Assembly (NCBI GenBank): GCA_964016885.1
Contig: OZ024742.1
Location: forward strand, 145,514,001-145,578,000
Source: Eledone cirrhosa
Taxonomy: Eukaryota
Direction of reading: 5' to 3'
DNA: 64,000 bases
Part shown: in pieces, positions 60,932 through 64,000 of the stretch
Layout: every line of letters starts with the position of its first letter
Position numbering within the stretch: position 1 is the stretch's first letter
Program-made: the position numbers and the translations under genes
Notes under the pieces: model-generated
The model's database searches: none
The model's input: the letters and a program-made list of their open reading frames with translations, nothing else
What the model was told of the DNA's origin: nothing

Positions 60932-61587
60932 GAGACAATTATTTACTTTTTATCTTCATTTCCAAGTATGAACCTAATAAGACTGTTTTTGCATCAACTC
61001 AAATTTCTGCAATTTCTATCCACCAATTTCATTCACATTGCCTTGGTCAGCCCAGGGCTATCATTTTATTATGATGTACCACATGGAACAACTTTGTTCT
61101 GCACATGACCTTATTTGACAGTACACCTTCCTGAGTATAGGAGCTTAAGAGACTTTTCCTCAGTCGCCACATTCACTCAGATTGCCTATCATGGCTGTTC
61201 ATATATCTACACTATTTTCCCCCATTACTCAAGAATATGAACGTTGATAAAAAGATCAAAAGTAGAATTATAAAGGCAAACAGTGCACACAGAATGTTAG
61301 TAATGACTAGGAACATTGAAGTATAAAAGAAACAACACATGAGTGTGACTGTGTGTTACTATATATGTATCATATGGTGATACTATATATGTAAATAAGA
61401 CCATTGTTTGCCTTAACCCATAAACAAAACACTTTGAAAACTCGATAAACCTGCATTCATAACCCCTGACTTTGTAAACCAACCATGGACTGCACCAAAC
61501 ACAAAATGGGGAAAAGAGATGTTACCAAGCCCCAGCTGTCATAATACATAGATTTTGTATAAAACTATTATTATATACTTTGACGTA

Positions 61588-61726
61588 TAGAGTTACGGCC
61601 CTTGCCTTTCTGAGTTCAAATCCCGCCAAGGTTAACTTTGCCTTTCATCCGTACGGGATCGATAAAATAAAGTACCAGTAATGCACTGGGTAATTGCTGG
61701 CCTTGTGCCTAACGTAGAAACAATTA
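61588..61726 (+). mobile_element. OK-like SINE, 5'-truncated
   Basis: Matches ~1085-1225. Confidence 0.85.
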
Positions 61727-61799
61727 TATGCAGCAACTTCATCCACATTATGTTATAGGCTATGCTCCACCTTCTCCTTATGTAGGCACATGGCTAGTG

Positions 61800-62133
61800 G
61801 AGGCACATGGCTTAGTGGTTAGAGCATTGGCCTTGCAATCGAAAGGTTGTGAGTTCAATTCTCAGACCGGGTGATGTGTTGTTTCCTTGAGCAAGACACT
61901 TTATTTCACATTGCTCCAGTTTACTCAGCTATAGAAATGAGATGATAGGCACTGGGGCCCATATCATTCCACTGCAAAGTGGTCGTGGAGGTGCCACAGC
62001 AAAAAAGCATCCAGCACTCACTGTAAATGAGGTTGGTGTTAGGAAGGGCATCCAGCTGTAGTAATCAAGCCAGAATCAGTTCCCGTCCCACCTTTGCAAG
62101 CAGGGAAAAGCGGACGTAAAATGATGATGATGA
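61800..62133 (+). mobile_element. tRNA-head CORE-type SINE (OR-like) with an RTE-derived tail, possibly composite
   Basis: A box tggcttagtgg, B box gagttcaattc, CORE-like ccttgagcaagacactt, tail matching the RTE 3' end, (GAT)n. Confidence 0.75.
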
Positions 62134-62284
62134 TATGTCTGAACCATAAATTCCTCTAAACTAACCACCAAGACAAAATAAGCCCTAAAACATTTAATTT
62201 AATGGTATGATGCCATGCACTTGGAAGCTTGTATCAGAAAACCATAGCCCATACAACACAGGTTAGTGGCTCAATATGTGAAGA

Positions 62285-62966
62285 TCAGCACCTTACTTAA
62301 AAAACACAAATGTTAGTTTTAGGAAAGGGTATCAAACAATATTCTAATGCCTCAAAAAGTCTCATCCAATTTTGCATGCAAAGGTGGTTATAAAATGATG
62401 ACATTTTTTTTAGTCATGAATCAATTTTGAAAAATATTTCAACCTATCTAGAAAATACAATTCAACAAATATAGTTAGATTTTTTATTAAATATAATTTA
62501 AATTTACATATAATTGTGATCATTTTGCCACAAATTTCAGTGGTACGGTTATACAGAAATTTCTGAGTTATTTCATTATTTTACTTCTATTTGTAGAAGA
62601 GGTTTTCACTAAATCAACTCAATAATAAATTCCTCCTGTATAAATATGCATTTGTTTAACATTTCTTGTCTAGAATATATGAAAAACTGAGATGATTTTC
62701 TTAGTTATTTCTTCTTTTTACTTTTGAAAGAGAATAATTTCCTACATATTTCACACTAGGGTTTTTACAGTCATGGTTAGTGAGATTGTATCCCTGTAAG
62801 AAAATTTCATGACAAATGACTGAGTAGATTTTTCTCCAGGATGTATTAGTGGAATATGAAATTATTGAAGTCAAGGAATGATTTCCAGAATATTTCACAT
62901 TGATATAGTTTTTGTTTTGTATGCATTTATTTATCAAATTACAAATAAGGATTTCTTAAATATTTA
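62285..62966 (-). repeat. Third copy of the ZNF 3' flank, inverted relative to 56755-57372
   Basis: Near-identical 78-aa spurious ORF at 41308, 56784 and 62701; DNA match extends to tcagcaccttac at ~62285. Confidence 0.88.
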
Positions 62967-63473
62967 GGATTACTTAAATATTAGTGGAATATGAAATTAT
63001 TGAAGTCAAGAAATGATTTTGCAACATATTTCATGGTAATAATTTTTCTTCAGTTTTTATCCAGATGTAGATTACAAATATAGACTTATTTCAAACTGAA
63101 TGATTCCCAAACTAATATAGGTTTTTGTCAACTGTGTATTCATTTGTCAAATACAAGACTATAATTCACAAATAAAGATTTCCCTCAAATGACAGCACCT
63201 ATGTAGTCAGGGTGGAAATTTAAAGAGAATGATTTATATATGTCATCATGGTAAATAGTTGTCACTAGAAACCAAGCCTGGTACACACTGTAAAGTGGTT
63301 GGCATAAAGAAGGGCATCCGGCCATAGAAATCAATGGAACATCTGAGCAATATGCAGTCATCTGACCTGCCTGTCTAGCCTCAGCATGACAACCAATCTA
63401 ACCCATGTAAGCATGGAAAATAGACAAAACGGTGATGATGATGATAATCTAGTGGAAAAGAATTTCTCATGTT

Positions 63474-64000
63474 TTACATTTTAAAAGGCTTCCTTTTAGT
63501 GTGTATTAGTTCATGTCTTTTTACGAGAGTGTAAGTGATAAATGATTTCTCACATATTCTACAATGATATGGCTTTTCTCCAGTGTGTATTCGTTTGTGT
63601 CTGTTTAAATCACTATTATTAACAAAAGATTTACTACATATTTCACAATGACATGGTTTTTCCCCAGTGTGCCTACGTTTGTGGCTTTTAAGATCAGAAT
63701 TCTGAGAGAAAGATTTGCCACACATCTCACAAAGATAAGACTTTTGTCCAGTGTGTATTTGCTTATGGACTATAAGGGAAGAATTCTGAGAGAACAATTT
63801 ACCACATATTTCACAATGATAAGGTTTTTCTCCTGTGTGCATTTGCTTATGAACTATAAGAGAAGAATTTTGAGAGAATGCTTTACCACATATTTCACAG
63901 TGATGGGTTTTTTCTCTGGTCAGTATTTGTTTGTGGTGTTTTAAATCATAATTTTTTAAAAAGGATTTTCCATATATTTTATAGTGATAAGTTTTTTCTT
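63474..64000 (-). CDS. 3' end of another C2H2 zinc-finger ORF (partial; continues beyond the window; gene or pseudogene)
   Basis: Frame stays open to the window edge, with five intact fingers plus one with Cys replaced by Tyr (YHYKIYGK). Confidence 0.7.
   Translation of the reverse strand, partial: EKTYHYKIYGKSFLKNYDLKHHKQILTREKTHHCEICGKAFSQNSSLIVHKQMHTGEKPYHCEICGKLFSQNSSLIVHKQIHTGQKSYLCEMCGKSFSQNSDLKSHKRRHTGEKPCHCEICSKSFVNNSDLNRHKRIHTGEKPYHCRICEKSFITYTLVKRHELIHTKRKPFKM

Noticed and set aside
61800-61875. Functional tRNA gene (also the heads at 1033 and 60751)
   Set aside because: A and B boxes are present, but they run into SINE bodies, lack a clean acceptor stem and have no Pol III terminator.

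Overview
This is an AT-rich animal nuclear window with no prokaryotic features. It most likely comes from an octopod cephalopod; that is an inference from OK/OR-type tRNA-derived SINEs and a tandem C2H2 zinc-finger gene cluster. The cluster has three apparently intact single-coding-exon genes (10353-11945 -, 42236-43570 -, 54564-56075 +), a fourth running off the right edge (63474-64000 -) and two pseudogene relics. It sits among many transposable elements: RTE, CR1 and CRE-like LINE fragments, many SINEs, a decayed Helitron Rep/Hel, hAT- and piggyBac-type MITEs, and two Penelope-like elements. The most striking object is a very young Penelope-like insertion (about 28453-32161). It has an open RT/GIY-YIG frame between two apparently identical 991-bp inverted arms and lies in a (TA)n tract. 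Each arm carries a complete hammerhead ribozyme fold with a compensatory U3-A8 core variant. Other highlights are a 27-bp GCGCATGCGC-rich minisatellite with 4-mer higher-order structure, an inverted ZNF gene pair with fossil finger arrays in their 3' flanks, broken fingers that A-to-G changes alone would repair, and many fold-back structures. All calls were made by eye; no database searches or folding programs were run.
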